A stretch of 64,000 nt of DNA, taken from assembly GCA_965205015.1 (NCBI GenBank), contig OZ242029.1, positions 2,592,001 through 2,656,000 on the forward strand, given 5' to 3'. A program made the translations under genes and the position numbers. The first letter of the stretch is position 1. Every line of letters starts with the position of its first letter. The notes under the pieces are model-generated. The model was not told where the DNA came from. It made no database searches and saw only the letters and a program-made list of their open reading frames with translations. Source of the DNA: Candidatus Poribacteria bacterium (GTDB lineage Bacteria > Poribacteria > WGA-4E > WGA-3G). Below, one piece after another: positions 21,306-31,416 of the stretch.

Positions 21306-21974
21306 TTAAAAAGTGGATTTCAACACAACGTTGCGAAAGGCAACAGGTCCATGGTCGCCTTGCAACATTAACGGACCTGTAGCGGCTTCATCTTCAATCA
21401 TTGCCCCGCGTGTGCAACCCACTACCTCAACATCTTCATGGATGATCTGTCCATTCCACACGACTTTGACGAAGGTAGCATTGGCAATTTTATTACCATC
21501 GGCATCGAATTTTGGGGCACGGAAGGTGATGTCGTAGGTCTGCCACTCACCGGGGGGTTTACTGGCATTGACGCGCGGCGGTACGCCATCTACGGGTTGG
21601 TTGTCGATCCAACGGCAATATACACCGCCACAGGTCCCATAGCGGAGTTCCGTTTCACCCCAGCTGTCCAATATCTGGAGCTCGTATCTCCCCATGAGAT
21701 AAACACCAGAATTAGAGCCTTGTGGTACCATAAATTCTACGTGGAGTTCACAATCACCGTGCTCAGCCTCAGTGTAGATATCAACAGTGCGTCCAGTCGC
21801 ACCGTTGTAAAAAATTCCTTCGCCTGCTGCTGTTGTCAGCAGTTTGCTATCGTCGGGGTTGAGGGCGACGCTGCCAGCAGCATCCCATTCATGTTCTGGG
21901 GCGCCGCCGCGAGCGAGCCAACCCTCCGTATTTTTACCGTTAAAAAGGTTAATTTCGTTTCCGAATTGAGACAT
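21306..21974 (-). CDS. DUF1080 (3-keto-disaccharide hydrolase family) protein
   Basis: LFNGKN..GW, SNSGVY, YELQILDS, GPLMLQGDHG.V.FRN. Confidence 0.9.
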   Translation of the reverse strand: MSQFGNEINLFNGKNTEGWLARGGAPEHEWDAAGSVALNPDDSKLLTTAAGEGIFYNGATGRTVDIYTEAEHGDCELHVEFMVPQGSNSGVYLMGRYELQILDSWGETELRYGTCGGVYCRWIDNQPVDGVPPRVNASKPPGEWQTYDITFRAPKFDADGNKIANATFVKVVWNGQIIHEDVEVVGCTRGAMIEDEAATGPLMLQGDHGPVAFRNVVLKSTF

Positions 21975-22084
21975 TAATGTCCCTCCTATATCGGTTATCA
22001 GTCGTCAGCGTCGGGAATCGGAGTTCCCTCCTACCCACAGAAGATTTCAGGGAGAACTCAGTACCCCAGCCCTACAACAAAGTG

Positions 22085-22113
22085 TTGACATATTTCACAA
22101 AATCAGGTATCAT
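22085..22113 (+). promoter_or_regulatory. sigma70-like promoter for the multiheme cytochrome
   Basis: TTGACA-17-TATCAT. Confidence 0.65.
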
Positions 22114-22191
22114 ATCAATCATAAAGGTTATTCAGCAAGTAAGATAACCCAATGATGTAAAAGAGAAATTGAATGAGGACAAATTAAACTT

Positions 22192-23097
22192 ATGAAACAG
22201 ACTTTCTTATTTTTGGGGATGTCCCTACTGATGGGGACGGTTGTGCTTTTCGCACTTTATGGTTACGATACAACTGCGATATCGCACGCGGCACCTGTAG
22301 AGGCTGCTACGCCTAACACGACAACTCCCTTTGCTGAAGGATGCATCAAGTGTCACGGCACTGAACCTGCCTATCAAGAATGGAAGCAAGCGGGGCATTC
22401 GCATGCCCTTGTCAACCTAATTGAGGGTCCGTATGAGTTGCAAACCTCGTGCCTGAGCTGCCACTCTTCTGGCTATGAAGTTTTCAGTGATCGGGTCTAC
22501 CCAGGACATACCTATAACATAAAGACAGCAGTAAATGCCGTTGCCTGCTCCTCCTGTCATTCACACAACAGTAGATCAGAACACTTATTGGTGAAGCCTG
22601 CCAAAAAATTATGCGTCAGCTGCCACAAAATGGACTGTGGTTGTGCGGGTGCGGGTATCGTCCACCAATCGCAATCGGAGATGTTCCTCGGACGCGAAGG
22701 GGCCGGTGTGAAACGGATGCCCTCACCCCACGTGCGCGCAATGAAGAAACGATGTGTGCACTGCCACATGGCAAAAGAGGACCCAGAGACCGTCGCGCAA
22801 CACGGGGGACACACATTCAAAGCGGATTTCTCGACATGTAGCACTGCAGGATGTCACGACAGTGCCGATAACAGTATGGAGACGAAGTTACCGCAATACC
22901 GTGCCGAGATTGAGGCAAAGATGCAAGCCGTCAAAACGATGCTTGATGCTGCGCCTAACAAAACTTCGCAAGCCTATCTGGACGCAAAGTTGAACTACGA
23001 TATGGTTAAAGGCGACAGCGGATATGGACTTCACAACATACCGTATGCCAACGCACTGCTCGACTACAGCCTTTCGCTCAAAAGCGAACTTGAATAG
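22192..23097 (+). CDS. Multiheme c-type cytochrome (5 CxxCH plus 1 CX4CH)
   Basis: Signal peptide; CIKCH, CLSCH, CSSCH, CVSCH, CVHCH, CSTAGCH; helical tail with GDSGYGLHN. Confidence 0.9.
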   Translation: MKQTFLFLGMSLLMGTVVLFALYGYDTTAISHAAPVEAATPNTTTPFAEGCIKCHGTEPAYQEWKQAGHSHALVNLIEGPYELQTSCLSCHSSGYEVFSDRVYPGHTYNIKTAVNAVACSSCHSHNSRSEHLLVKPAKKLCVSCHKMDCGCAGAGIVHQSQSEMFLGREGAGVKRMPSPHVRAMKKRCVHCHMAKEDPETVAQHGGHTFKADFSTCSTAGCHDSADNSMETKLPQYRAEIEAKMQAVKTMLDAAPNKTSQAYLDAKLNYDMVKGDSGYGLHNIPYANALLDYSLSLKSELE

Positions 23098-23107
23098 GGA
23101 GTCGCTT

Positions 23108-23148
23108 GGGCAGGTACAAGACTGGGCAGGTACAAGACCTGCCCCTAC
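23108..23148 (-). repeat. GTAG-type REP-like palindrome, family A, partly duplicated
   Basis: Minus strand GTAGGGGCAGGTCTTGTACCTGCCC; homolog at 46641-46665. Confidence 0.7.
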
Positions 23149-23984
23149 ACCTGTCCATCATCGAGTAATGTCCGCAGCGGGACGTCTTGTTCCTTGGGTA
23201 GATAATAACTGAGAGGATCACTGACGACCCCAATCAACTGCTTCTGAATTGGGTTACACTTAGCGACCAGTTCATCAGGCATCGTGATGTAATCCATCGG
23301 TTTGACCCAGCGGTAAGCGTATCCCATAAAAATGGTTTTGCGTGGCATGCCGGACCAGTTGTGTCCAATGCCGTGCCATGTGCGCTGTTCAAAGAGGAAT
23401 GCATCACCGGCGTTGACGTTCATAGAGATAGCCCCGCGTGCCGAACCTGTATCCGGGTCGAGTGGAGGTCTGCCCGTCAATCGGTTACTCCCCGGGACCA
23501 GCACGGTCGCCCCGGAAGCGGGGTCGGACTGGTCGCTAATGGCGTAGGCAATCTTGAGCATGATGCGAGGATGGGGTTCCTGCATCTCGGCATGTGACGT
23601 GCCACCGTCGCGGTGTAAGCCGATCCGGTTCTTTACCTCAGGCGGCGGTTCCTCTTTTGAGGGGAGTACAATGAGGTGAGACGTAATCATCTGGACGTTC
23701 CAATTGAGAACCCCATAGGCGAGCGGCACGGTTTTTTGCCAATCAAGGAGTTGAAGAAACGCCTCGTGATGCGTAATGCAGTTACGGAGGTTTAATTTAC
23801 CACCATTTTCAAGTCTGCCTGCGGCTTCCTCTTTGGCATAAACCTCATCAACGGCAGCATCAATTTCCGCGACGACATCAGGAGATAGGGCGTTTTTAAT
23901 CAGCAGATACCCATTGTTTTCAACAAATTCCCTATGCGCCGGTGTAAAGACTGCGGCTTGATTAAGATCTGTTATAGTATCCAT
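23145..23984 (-). CDS. Phytanoyl-CoA dioxygenase (PhyH) family protein
   Basis: NGYL, LHRD, LVPGSN, AGDA..F..RTWH facial-triad motifs. Confidence 0.88.
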   Translation of the reverse strand: MDTITDLNQAAVFTPAHREFVENNGYLLIKNALSPDVVAEIDAAVDEVYAKEEAAGRLENGGKLNLRNCITHHEAFLQLLDWQKTVPLAYGVLNWNVQMITSHLIVLPSKEEPPPEVKNRIGLHRDGGTSHAEMQEPHPRIMLKIAYAISDQSDPASGATVLVPGSNRLTGRPPLDPDTGSARGAISMNVNAGDAFLFEQRTWHGIGHNWSGMPRKTIFMGYAYRWVKPMDYITMPDELVAKCNPIQKQLIGVVSDPLSYYLPKEQDVPLRTLLDDGQV

Positions 23985-24216
23985 AGCGTTTATCCTTTAG
24001 CGTGCTGAAGTAGCCTGAATTGTTAATCGAGATTCAAATCGTATTATGCATTATACAGGACACACCGAAAAAATTTCAAAGTAATTTTATGTTCACGATC
24101 GGTAAAAATACACGTGTTGGAAGGAAAAGTGTCCGACGGGATCCGCAACGAAGGACTCTGTTTAATCTCCATCCAAGCGCGAACAGGCGTGTCATAGACA
24201 GAAAGTATCACGTAAT

Positions 24217-26142
24217 TTGAAAAGTGAATTAACCTCAGAACCTCATAGATTCAGGGAACCCTCCAAATATGGAGCATCATGGCGAGCGATTCTACTCGGT
24301 ACAGTCCTTATTATCCCGAACATGTACTGGATTCTGGACTCTGCTGGGCAAGGGTATCCGACGACTATCTCCCTCTACTTTAACGTCATTTTCTGTGTTT
24401 TCGTTATCATAGGGGTTAATCTCTTTTTAGTCCGGATAGCCCCGCGGATAGCAATGCAGCAAGGCGAATTGCTGACGATTTATGTCATGTTGGCGATCGC
24501 TTCCTCACTCGCGGGCCACGATGTCCTTCGCGTGTTGATTCCGATGATTCCGTATGCGTTCTGGTATGCGACCCCAGAAAATGACTGGGTAGACCTGTTT
24601 CATCGGTATATCCCCGATTGGATGGCTGTCAAGGACAAATCTTTCTTAACGGAATATTATCGCGGTGAAACAACCCTTTACCAATGGGAAACTGTCCAAG
24701 GATGGTTGACAACGACTTTTGTCTGGGGAGGCTTCCTATGTGCAATGGTCTTCCTGATGGTGTGTATTAACAGTCTCGTTCGGAAACAGTGGACAGAACA
24801 CGAGAAACTGAGTTACCCCATCATCCAACTGCCGCTTGAGTTGACAAGTGGCGGTAGAACGAACTTACTGACGAATAAGATGATGTGGCTCGGTTTCGGC
24901 ATCGCCGGTGCCATTGACATCCTCAATGGCCTCCACTACCTCTACCCTACCGTACCGAGTTTGGGGGGCAGACTCTACGATTTACGTCCGTTCTTTACAC
25001 AGAAACCGTGGAGTGCCGTTGGATGGAGTCCGATAGCCGTGTTCCCGTTTGCGGTAGGCATTGCTTTCTTTATTCCGCTGGATTTATCATTCTCCTGCTG
25101 GTTTTTCTATCTCTTCTGGAAAGCAGAACGGATTTTCGGGGATGCCTTAGGGGTCCGCGGCATGCCGAATTTCCCGTTCACCGATGAACAATCTTTCGGG
25201 GCATATCTCGGCTTGTTCGTCATCGCGATTGTGGCGACGCGAAAACACCTCGCACAAGTCGGGCGGAAGTTATTTAGAAACGATCCGCGTGTTGATGACG
25301 CAGACGAACCGATGTCCTATCGTGTGACGGTTTTGGGGCTCATCGCGAGTCTTGCCTTTATCGTTGGTTTCTGTAAAACGGCGGGGATGTCTATCTGGGT
25401 GGTTCTCGTGTTTTTTGGGATCTATTATGCCATCTCTACGGCGGTGACCCGAATGCGTGCGGAACTCGGATCGCCTGTCCACGATTTGCACTTCATTGGA
25501 CCTGATGAGATGATGCCTCGTATTTTCGGGACGCGCCTGCTCGGTCCACACAACTTAACCATAATGGCATACCTGTTCTTCTTCAATCGTGCCTATCGTG
25601 GGCATCCGATGCCACACATCTTGGAGGGCTTTAAATTAGCGGAACGGACCGGAATTTCCAATCGACGGTTGCTCATCGCAATGTGTATTGCGATTGTTAT
25701 CGGGACATTTGCCTCATTTTGGGCATTCTATCATATCTCTTACATCGAAGGGGCGCGGGACTGGTTTGCGGGGAGACCTTTCAACCGGCTCCAGAGTTGG
25801 CTGACCTCACCGAGAACTCCAGATGTACCCGCAATCGTCGCAATGTGTATTGGTTTTCTCATCACCGGTTTCCTGATGGTGATGCGGATGCAGCTCTTTT
25901 GGTGGCCCTTTCATCCCGCTGGTTTCGCTATCTCCAGCAGTTGGTCGATGAATGTATTTTGGTTTTCGATTTTAGTGAGCTCGGTCATCAAATGGATTAT
26001 TCTTCGGCACGGGGGTGTGAGTGCACACCGCAAATTGATTCCGCTTTTCCTTGGTCTGATTTTAGGTGAATTCATCGTCGGTAGTGTGTGGAGCCTCATC
26101 GGAATTACAACAAATCAACCGATGTATCGGTTCCTATTTTAA
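24217..26142 (+). CDS. Large polytopic membrane protein, DUF6785/DUF6784-like putative transporter
   Basis: Many TM segments; RKQW..HEKLSYPI.QLP, WWPFHPAG, PLFLGLILGE. Confidence 0.7.
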   Translation: MKSELTSEPHRFREPSKYGASWRAILLGTVLIIPNMYWILDSAGQGYPTTISLYFNVIFCVFVIIGVNLFLVRIAPRIAMQQGELLTIYVMLAIASSLAGHDVLRVLIPMIPYAFWYATPENDWVDLFHRYIPDWMAVKDKSFLTEYYRGETTLYQWETVQGWLTTTFVWGGFLCAMVFLMVCINSLVRKQWTEHEKLSYPIIQLPLELTSGGRTNLLTNKMMWLGFGIAGAIDILNGLHYLYPTVPSLGGRLYDLRPFFTQKPWSAVGWSPIAVFPFAVGIAFFIPLDLSFSCWFFYLFWKAERIFGDALGVRGMPNFPFTDEQSFGAYLGLFVIAIVATRKHLAQVGRKLFRNDPRVDDADEPMSYRVTVLGLIASLAFIVGFCKTAGMSIWVVLVFFGIYYAISTAVTRMRAELGSPVHDLHFIGPDEMMPRIFGTRLLGPHNLTIMAYLFFFNRAYRGHPMPHILEGFKLAERTGISNRRLLIAMCIAIVIGTFASFWAFYHISYIEGARDWFAGRPFNRLQSWLTSPRTPDVPAIVAMCIGFLITGFLMVMRMQLFWWPFHPAGFAISSSWSMNVFWFSILVSSVIKWIILRHGGVSAHRKLIPLFLGLILGEFIVGSVWSLIGITTNQPMYRFLF

Positions 26143-26272
26143 TGAAGTTGCTACTTAAACCGGATTGCGAATTAACCAAAAAACCTGTCCGAAATAAAAT
26201 AGAGGGGTTTTTGATTAAGAAACGTCCAAGCAAAAACGGTATTTCTTTAGTCCAGGAGGTTATAAATAAAAA

Positions 26273-27316
26273 ATGATTCGTGAAGCGATTCAGCAGGTTA
26301 TGGCAGGCGATGCCTTAACCGAAGCAGAGATGATGGATACCATGAACGAAATCATGGAAGGTAAGACGACGGACGCTCAGATCGCCTGTTTTCTTACCGC
26401 GCTGCGGCTTAAAGGCGAGACAATAGAGGAAATGACGGGGGCAACGCGTGCCATGCGCGCCAAAGCTACACCTGTTCCGACACGTCATACGCCTGATTTG
26501 CAGGCTACACCGAAGGTCCCACGACTTGTCGATACATGTAGCACGGGTGGCACAGGTTTAAACCATTTCAATATCTCAACAACTTCTGCCATTGTTACCG
26601 CCGGAGCGGGTGTGCCGGTCGCAAAGCACGGCAATCGAGGTGTAACGCGCCAGAGCGGTAGCGCGAATGTGCTTATGGCATTAGGTGTAAATATTGAAAT
26701 TGGTCCTGAACACGTCGGACGTTGCATTGACGAGGTCGGCATCGGTTTTCTATTCGCACCAACGCTGCACGGTGCGATGAAATACGCTATCGGACCGCGG
26801 CGAGAAATCGGGATTCGGACGATTTTTAATGCTATAGCCCCTCTGACCAATCCGGCGGGACCCCAGGCGCAAGTGATCGGTGTTTATGCGCCAGAACTGA
26901 CTGAGGCGCATGCGAACGCTCTGGATAACCTCGGATGTCAGCATGCATTTATCGTGCGCGGGAATGACGGTTTGGACGACATCACAACGACGACGACCTC
27001 ACGCGTTTCCGAACTCCGAAACGGCACTGTGGAAACCTATACGCTTGATCCGACGGCGCTCGGCATTCCGAGAGCGGAGCCTGAAGCACTTCTCGGGGGC
27101 GCGCCGGAGGAGAACGCTAAAATCGTAGTCAATCTCCTGAAGGGTGAGAAGGGACCCAAACGCGATATTGTCGTACTAAACGCTGGCGCAGCGATTACTG
27201 CGAGCGGGAAAGTGGATAGTCTTGATGCGGGTATTGAACTTGCCTCAGAATCCATTGACTCAGGGGCGGCACTCGCGAAGTTAGAAGGGTTAAAGGCCGT
27301 TTCAAATAATTTTTAA
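26273..27316 (+). CDS. trpD: Anthranilate phosphoribosyltransferase
   Basis: FNIST, VAKHGNR, SGSA, PLTNP; upstream of trpC. Confidence 0.93.
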   Translation: MIREAIQQVMAGDALTEAEMMDTMNEIMEGKTTDAQIACFLTALRLKGETIEEMTGATRAMRAKATPVPTRHTPDLQATPKVPRLVDTCSTGGTGLNHFNISTTSAIVTAGAGVPVAKHGNRGVTRQSGSANVLMALGVNIEIGPEHVGRCIDEVGIGFLFAPTLHGAMKYAIGPRREIGIRTIFNAIAPLTNPAGPQAQVIGVYAPELTEAHANALDNLGCQHAFIVRGNDGLDDITTTTTSRVSELRNGTVETYTLDPTALGIPRAEPEALLGGAPEENAKIVVNLLKGEKGPKRDIVVLNAGAAITASGKVDSLDAGIELASESIDSGAALAKLEGLKAVSNNF

Positions 27317-27332
27317 AGGTAAAAGTAAAAAA

Positions 27333-28109
27333 TTGATACTCGATACTATCATTGCCCATAAACAGAAGGAACTTGCAGCCGAACAGGCGCAGGTGCCGAT
27401 TGTTGAATTGGAAACTCAGATCGCGAATCTTCCACCAACGCAGGATTTTCGCGATGCCATTACAGAGAACGGGACGGTTAACCTTATTGCAGAAGTGAAG
27501 AAAAAGTCGCCCAGCAAAGGCATTATCCGTGAAGATTTCGATCCAGTCGCAATTGCCAAAACCTACGTCGAAAACGGTGCGGCTGCGATCTCTGTGTTAA
27601 CAGACAAACATTTTTTCGCAGGCGAACTTAACTATCTGCACGCAATTCGGGACATCGTTGATGTGCCGCTCCTCCGAAAAGACTTCACAATTGATCCGTA
27701 TCACATCTACCAAGCCCGCGTCGCCGGGGCAGATGCCGTCTTACTGATCGTGGCAGTGCTGACAGCGGAAGAATTACGGACGTTCATGGATGTTGCAGCG
27801 TCGTTGTCCCTGGCCTGTCTGGTGGAGGTACACACACGAGAAGAGTTGACGGTCGCGTTGGATGTGGATGCACAGATTATCGGTATCAATAACCGAGATT
27901 TGTGGACCTTTCACACTGATATTGCCACAACATTTCGATTGCGTGAAGCGATTCCAGCGGATAAGGTTGTGGTGAGCGAGAGTGGTATCTATTCGCGTGA
28001 AGACGTTATGCGGCTACAGGAGGCGGGTGTGCAGGCGATGCTTGTCGGTGAGTCATTGATGCGGAGCCCTGACATTGGCGAACAGGTCCGGCATCTTTTA
28101 AACGATTAA
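27333..28109 (+). CDS. trpC: Indole-3-glycerol phosphate synthase
   Basis: IAEVKKKSPSKG, LRKDF, GINNRDL, VSESGI. Confidence 0.96.
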   Translation: MILDTIIAHKQKELAAEQAQVPIVELETQIANLPPTQDFRDAITENGTVNLIAEVKKKSPSKGIIREDFDPVAIAKTYVENGAAAISVLTDKHFFAGELNYLHAIRDIVDVPLLRKDFTIDPYHIYQARVAGADAVLLIVAVLTAEELRTFMDVAASLSLACLVEVHTREELTVALDVDAQIIGINNRDLWTFHTDIATTFRLREAIPADKVVVSESGIYSREDVMRLQEAGVQAMLVGESLMRSPDIGEQVRHLLND

Positions 28110-28164
28110 AGTAAAGTCGAAAAATAAGTTGGCATTTTAGGAAGTAGCAGCACCGTCCCACGCC

Positions 28165-28190
28165 CCGCTGGCGAGGTTTGTAACCTCGCC
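28165..28190. repeat. REP-like palindrome, family C
   Basis: CCGCTGGCGAGGTTTGTAACCTCGCC; inverted copy at 43234-43259 with compensatory change. Confidence 0.65.
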
Positions 28191-28197
28191 TCAGTGT

Positions 28198-28635
28198 TCA
28201 CATGGAGGTAACGGTAATACCGTGTCGTTTCAGGAGGGCAGTGGTTACGCCGTCCCCAGGCGTGAGGGTCCCCGAAAAAGTGCCATCGTAAATGTCGTCA
28301 CAACCACAGGATGGACTCCTTGCTTTCAGAACCACGTGTGTCGCTTTGTTTGATTGCGCAACTTCCAAAGCGTGGTAGGCACCTTTCAAATAGGCTTCCG
28401 TTACGTCTGTCCCGTCCGCGGTCATAACCTTTGCTTTGCCATCTAAGACATCATCGCCATCGCCGCCAACAATCTCTGCAGGTGGACGCGGCGTTGGCAA
28501 CCCACCCGATTCTTCCGGACAGACAGGAATGAGTTCGTACTTCTGCCCTTGTTTTATTGCTGTTTCGTTTCGACTGTCCCCGCCGTCGTATCGGCAGGGG
28601 ACGCCAAGGAGACAGGCACTAATGACGACTTTCAT
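28198..28635 (-). CDS. DUF523 / 2-thiouracil desulfurase (TudS-like) family protein
   Basis: VISACLLG..CRYDG, PVCPE..GGL.TPRP, LKARSPSCG, GDGVT. Confidence 0.88.
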   Translation of the reverse strand: MKVVISACLLGVPCRYDGGDSRNETAIKQGQKYELIPVCPEESGGLPTPRPPAEIVGGDGDDVLDGKAKVMTADGTDVTEAYLKGAYHALEVAQSNKATHVVLKARSPSCGCDDIYDGTFSGTLTPGDGVTTALLKRHGITVTSM

Positions 28636-29278
28636 GTTCTCGCAAAGCCTCAAACTGGTTCATGATTAAATCCGTCTCACCCGCCTTCAGTTGCAGGTAA
28701 CGCTTTTCCAATTGGCAGAGTATATCACATAACAGCGCGACACGGCAGATTTCAAAGTTTCGATTTTCCGAGAGCGGATGCGCCATACGCACGGAGGTCG
28801 CGGTTCCACGCAATTCAGGCGGAAAATCCTCCAAGACGTTATTGACATTCACACCGAAACCCAAAACAAAAAAAGGTTGATGTTCTTGGTCATAGGCGAG
28901 TTCTGTTAGGACGCCCGCAACCTTCTTCCTTTCGATCCTGACATCGTTAGGCACCTTAATCCGAGCGTCAAGTCCATGCGTTGTGCGAATTGCCGCTGCT
29001 ATTGCCATCGCACCGATGAGGTTGGGAAGTGTAACCTCATCGCGAAGGAGCCGATGTTTAAGAACGACGGACACAAGGAGACCTTTTCCCGACGGTGCCT
29101 CCCAGTGCCTACCGTATCTACCGCGTCCAGCGGTTTGGTGTTCTGCAATGATGAGTGTTCCTTCTGCTGCACAGGTCTTGCCACGAGCAAGGGCGATGTT
29201 GTTGGTAGAATCAACTTGTGAGTAGTGTTCAATCTGGCAGCCGATAAGTGAAGTGTGGATTGGCATTTTAAAAGTCAT
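28619..29278 (-). CDS. birA: Biotin--[acetyl-CoA-carboxylase] ligase, catalytic domain only
   Basis: STN, AEHQTAGRGRYGRHW, KVPND, KKVAGVLTE, GFGVNV. Confidence 0.8.
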   Translation of the reverse strand: MTFKMPIHTSLIGCQIEHYSQVDSTNNIALARGKTCAAEGTLIIAEHQTAGRGRYGRHWEAPSGKGLLVSVVLKHRLLRDEVTLPNLIGAMAIAAAIRTTHGLDARIKVPNDVRIERKKVAGVLTELAYDQEHQPFFVLGFGVNVNNVLEDFPPELRGTATSVRMAHPLSENRNFEICRVALLCDILCQLEKRYLQLKAGETDLIMNQFEALREHESRH

Positions 29279-29363
29279 AAGAATTATAAGTTCTTGTCCA
29301 TTTGCAATTTACTTTCCAGCTATTCCTTGACCAGCATATTAACCAGTGGGACGATCACGTTGT

Positions 29364-30294
29364 TCATCTCTGATTCAGGAGTGCATCGATTCCTGACAAT
29401 ATCTTTTCCAAGGCATCAATAAGATAAGGTTCACCGCCCGGATCTGTATCCCTCACCAATGCTCTTAACCTTTTGAGTTCCGCGTTTATGGATTCTTCAT
29501 CCCTTTCTTCTTGGAAAATTTTAAAAAAGTTCAACCAATGTTCTGCTCTGATTCCACATAACAACTCTCTTTTTGCTATCTCCAAATAGCTATCCATTAT
29601 TCCCGTTCGTGCAAATCTTCCGAAGTTATTTCCATGATCGGATACAGGCTTATCAGAAATTTTATCGCTTTTTTGCGGATACGGAGAAACATTTTCCGCG
29701 ATCATGATTTCTACACTCGACTTTGTTTTCCGAATACATTCCCACCAGTAATTTCGATATTCTGACGCGTACTTTGCTAATTCCACATAAGGTGAAAATA
29801 TTTTGGGATAGCCTGAAATCACATTACTGAGTGCCCAAGGGATTACTACGATTAAGTCCTGTTTGGCACAAGCGGCGGGAGTTACTTGGAATCGAAAACT
29901 CGGTTCTCCTTCTTTTGCTAATAAATACCAACTCTTTAGTTCAATACCCAACAGGATTTCACTTTCATGTCCCACTGTTCCGCTTGCGTGTCTTCTCAGC
30001 AGAACGTCTGGAAATGTCTGCGGTTGTCTTGACAAACCTATAATACATAAACTGCTCATCGGGATCCCAAACTTCTCGCATCCGATTCAGAGTTGAAACG
30101 ACTTGGTCTTCAATAGTTGCCCCGAATGCAGCATTTAAGGTAAAGATATCAGTCGCTAATATTCCTTCTATAGAAGTATCTGACTGAAAATAGGTCGGAA
30201 GTGCAAAGAGTGCCTCACGGACACGTTCATACACTTTATACACGCCCTCTTTGCTCTGTGGTGGGTTTCTTTTAGGTTCGACTGGAATTGTCAT
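29364..30294 (-). pseudogene. Putative type II restriction endonuclease (PD-(D/E)xK) split by a +1 frameshift near 30029
   Basis: Two overlapping ORFs join as YRFV-RQPQTFPDVLL...GIELKSW if one A is removed; 931 nt = 310 codons + 1; overlaps the MTase 3' end. Confidence 0.65.
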
Positions 30295-31318
30295 AAAATG
30301 TGAACTCCTGTAGAGGGTCGTAATTTGAGAGTCTTTCAACGGCTATTTTAAAATAATCGGGATGGATCTCGGCTGCGTAACATTTCCGCTTCAGTTGATG
30401 GGAAGCGATCGCTGCCGAGCAGAGACCCCCGAAAGGTTCCCATACGACATCCCCTATGTCACTACTCGATCGGATACATAAATTCATGAGTTTTAGGGGT
30501 TTTTGGTTGTTATGTAAACTTTTGGACCGCTTTTTTAATCGCTCGGTTCCGCGAACAGCCGGTTCCTGCCAAACGTTTGTAATGCCGTTCTCAAAGTAAA
30601 ACTTGGCTCTCATATTTGCCCATTCTTTGCCTGTAATGGGTGCTATACCATTTACAGAGAAATAGGGTTTTCCCTCCTCATTTCCGTGTCTGTTTGCATA
30701 CTCGGCAATCTTTTCAAACGCTTCAGGTGGAGGGTAGTACCAGAGGTGGTCTTTCGTGAAATACTTCCTCGTGGCAGCACTTTTCACCCCACAGACTTCA
30801 TTAGTTTTGGAAAATGGAAGTCCTGTCCGTTCCCATTCATACCGAAGCCACCTTTGCATATCCATTTTTGTACCGTTGACGTAGAACAAGGCTTTTTTTA
30901 TATACTGCACACACACTTCCGTCGTTACGGGGAATTTTCTAAGGGTTTTGCCATTTGAGTTACCCGCGATGTGCGCGATTCCCTTATTCCAGACATGACA
31001 ACTTCGGTACTCCCAACCATGTTTGGCTAACAGGGGATGCACGTTTGCCCACCCAAGCTCTGTATTCCAAAACCAAAGGGTTGTCATAGGCGTTGCGCGT
31101 TCCGACCACTTAACTATATGTGGCTCATAAGAATCGGCTAATTCCTCTGGGGTGGGTGGGTCACCCGGATAGCTCCCAATACCATACGGACCATCCGAGA
31201 CAATAACGATTGGAGATTCCCATTTATCATACCAGTTAAGGGCATCCCCTCTGTATAGAAATATCCCATCTCTCTCATGATATTCCACAATCAGTTCCTT
31301 TTTATCTAATCGTTTCAT
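30272..31318 (-). CDS. Site-specific DNA amino-methyltransferase (N4/N6, beta-class motif order)
   Basis: VSDGPYG (DPPY-like) N-terminal; HNNQKP and WEPFGGLCS (SAM-binding) C-terminal. Confidence 0.88.
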   Translation of the reverse strand: MKRLDKKELIVEYHERDGIFLYRGDALNWYDKWESPIVIVSDGPYGIGSYPGDPPTPEELADSYEPHIVKWSERATPMTTLWFWNTELGWANVHPLLAKHGWEYRSCHVWNKGIAHIAGNSNGKTLRKFPVTTEVCVQYIKKALFYVNGTKMDMQRWLRYEWERTGLPFSKTNEVCGVKSAATRKYFTKDHLWYYPPPEAFEKIAEYANRHGNEEGKPYFSVNGIAPITGKEWANMRAKFYFENGITNVWQEPAVRGTERLKKRSKSLHNNQKPLKLMNLCIRSSSDIGDVVWEPFGGLCSAAIASHQLKRKCYAAEIHPDYFKIAVERLSNYDPLQEFTFYDNSSRT

Positions 31319-31416
31319 ATTTCGTTTTGATTGTTAATTGTTAGTATTCAGTTGCCCGTGGAAAAAAGATGAACTGCTAACTGACCACCGAAACTGATAG
31401 CTAAAGGCTAATAATG

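Noticed and set aside
22192-23097. Calling the multiheme protein NrfA
   Set aside because: It has no CxxCK active-site motif and is too short.
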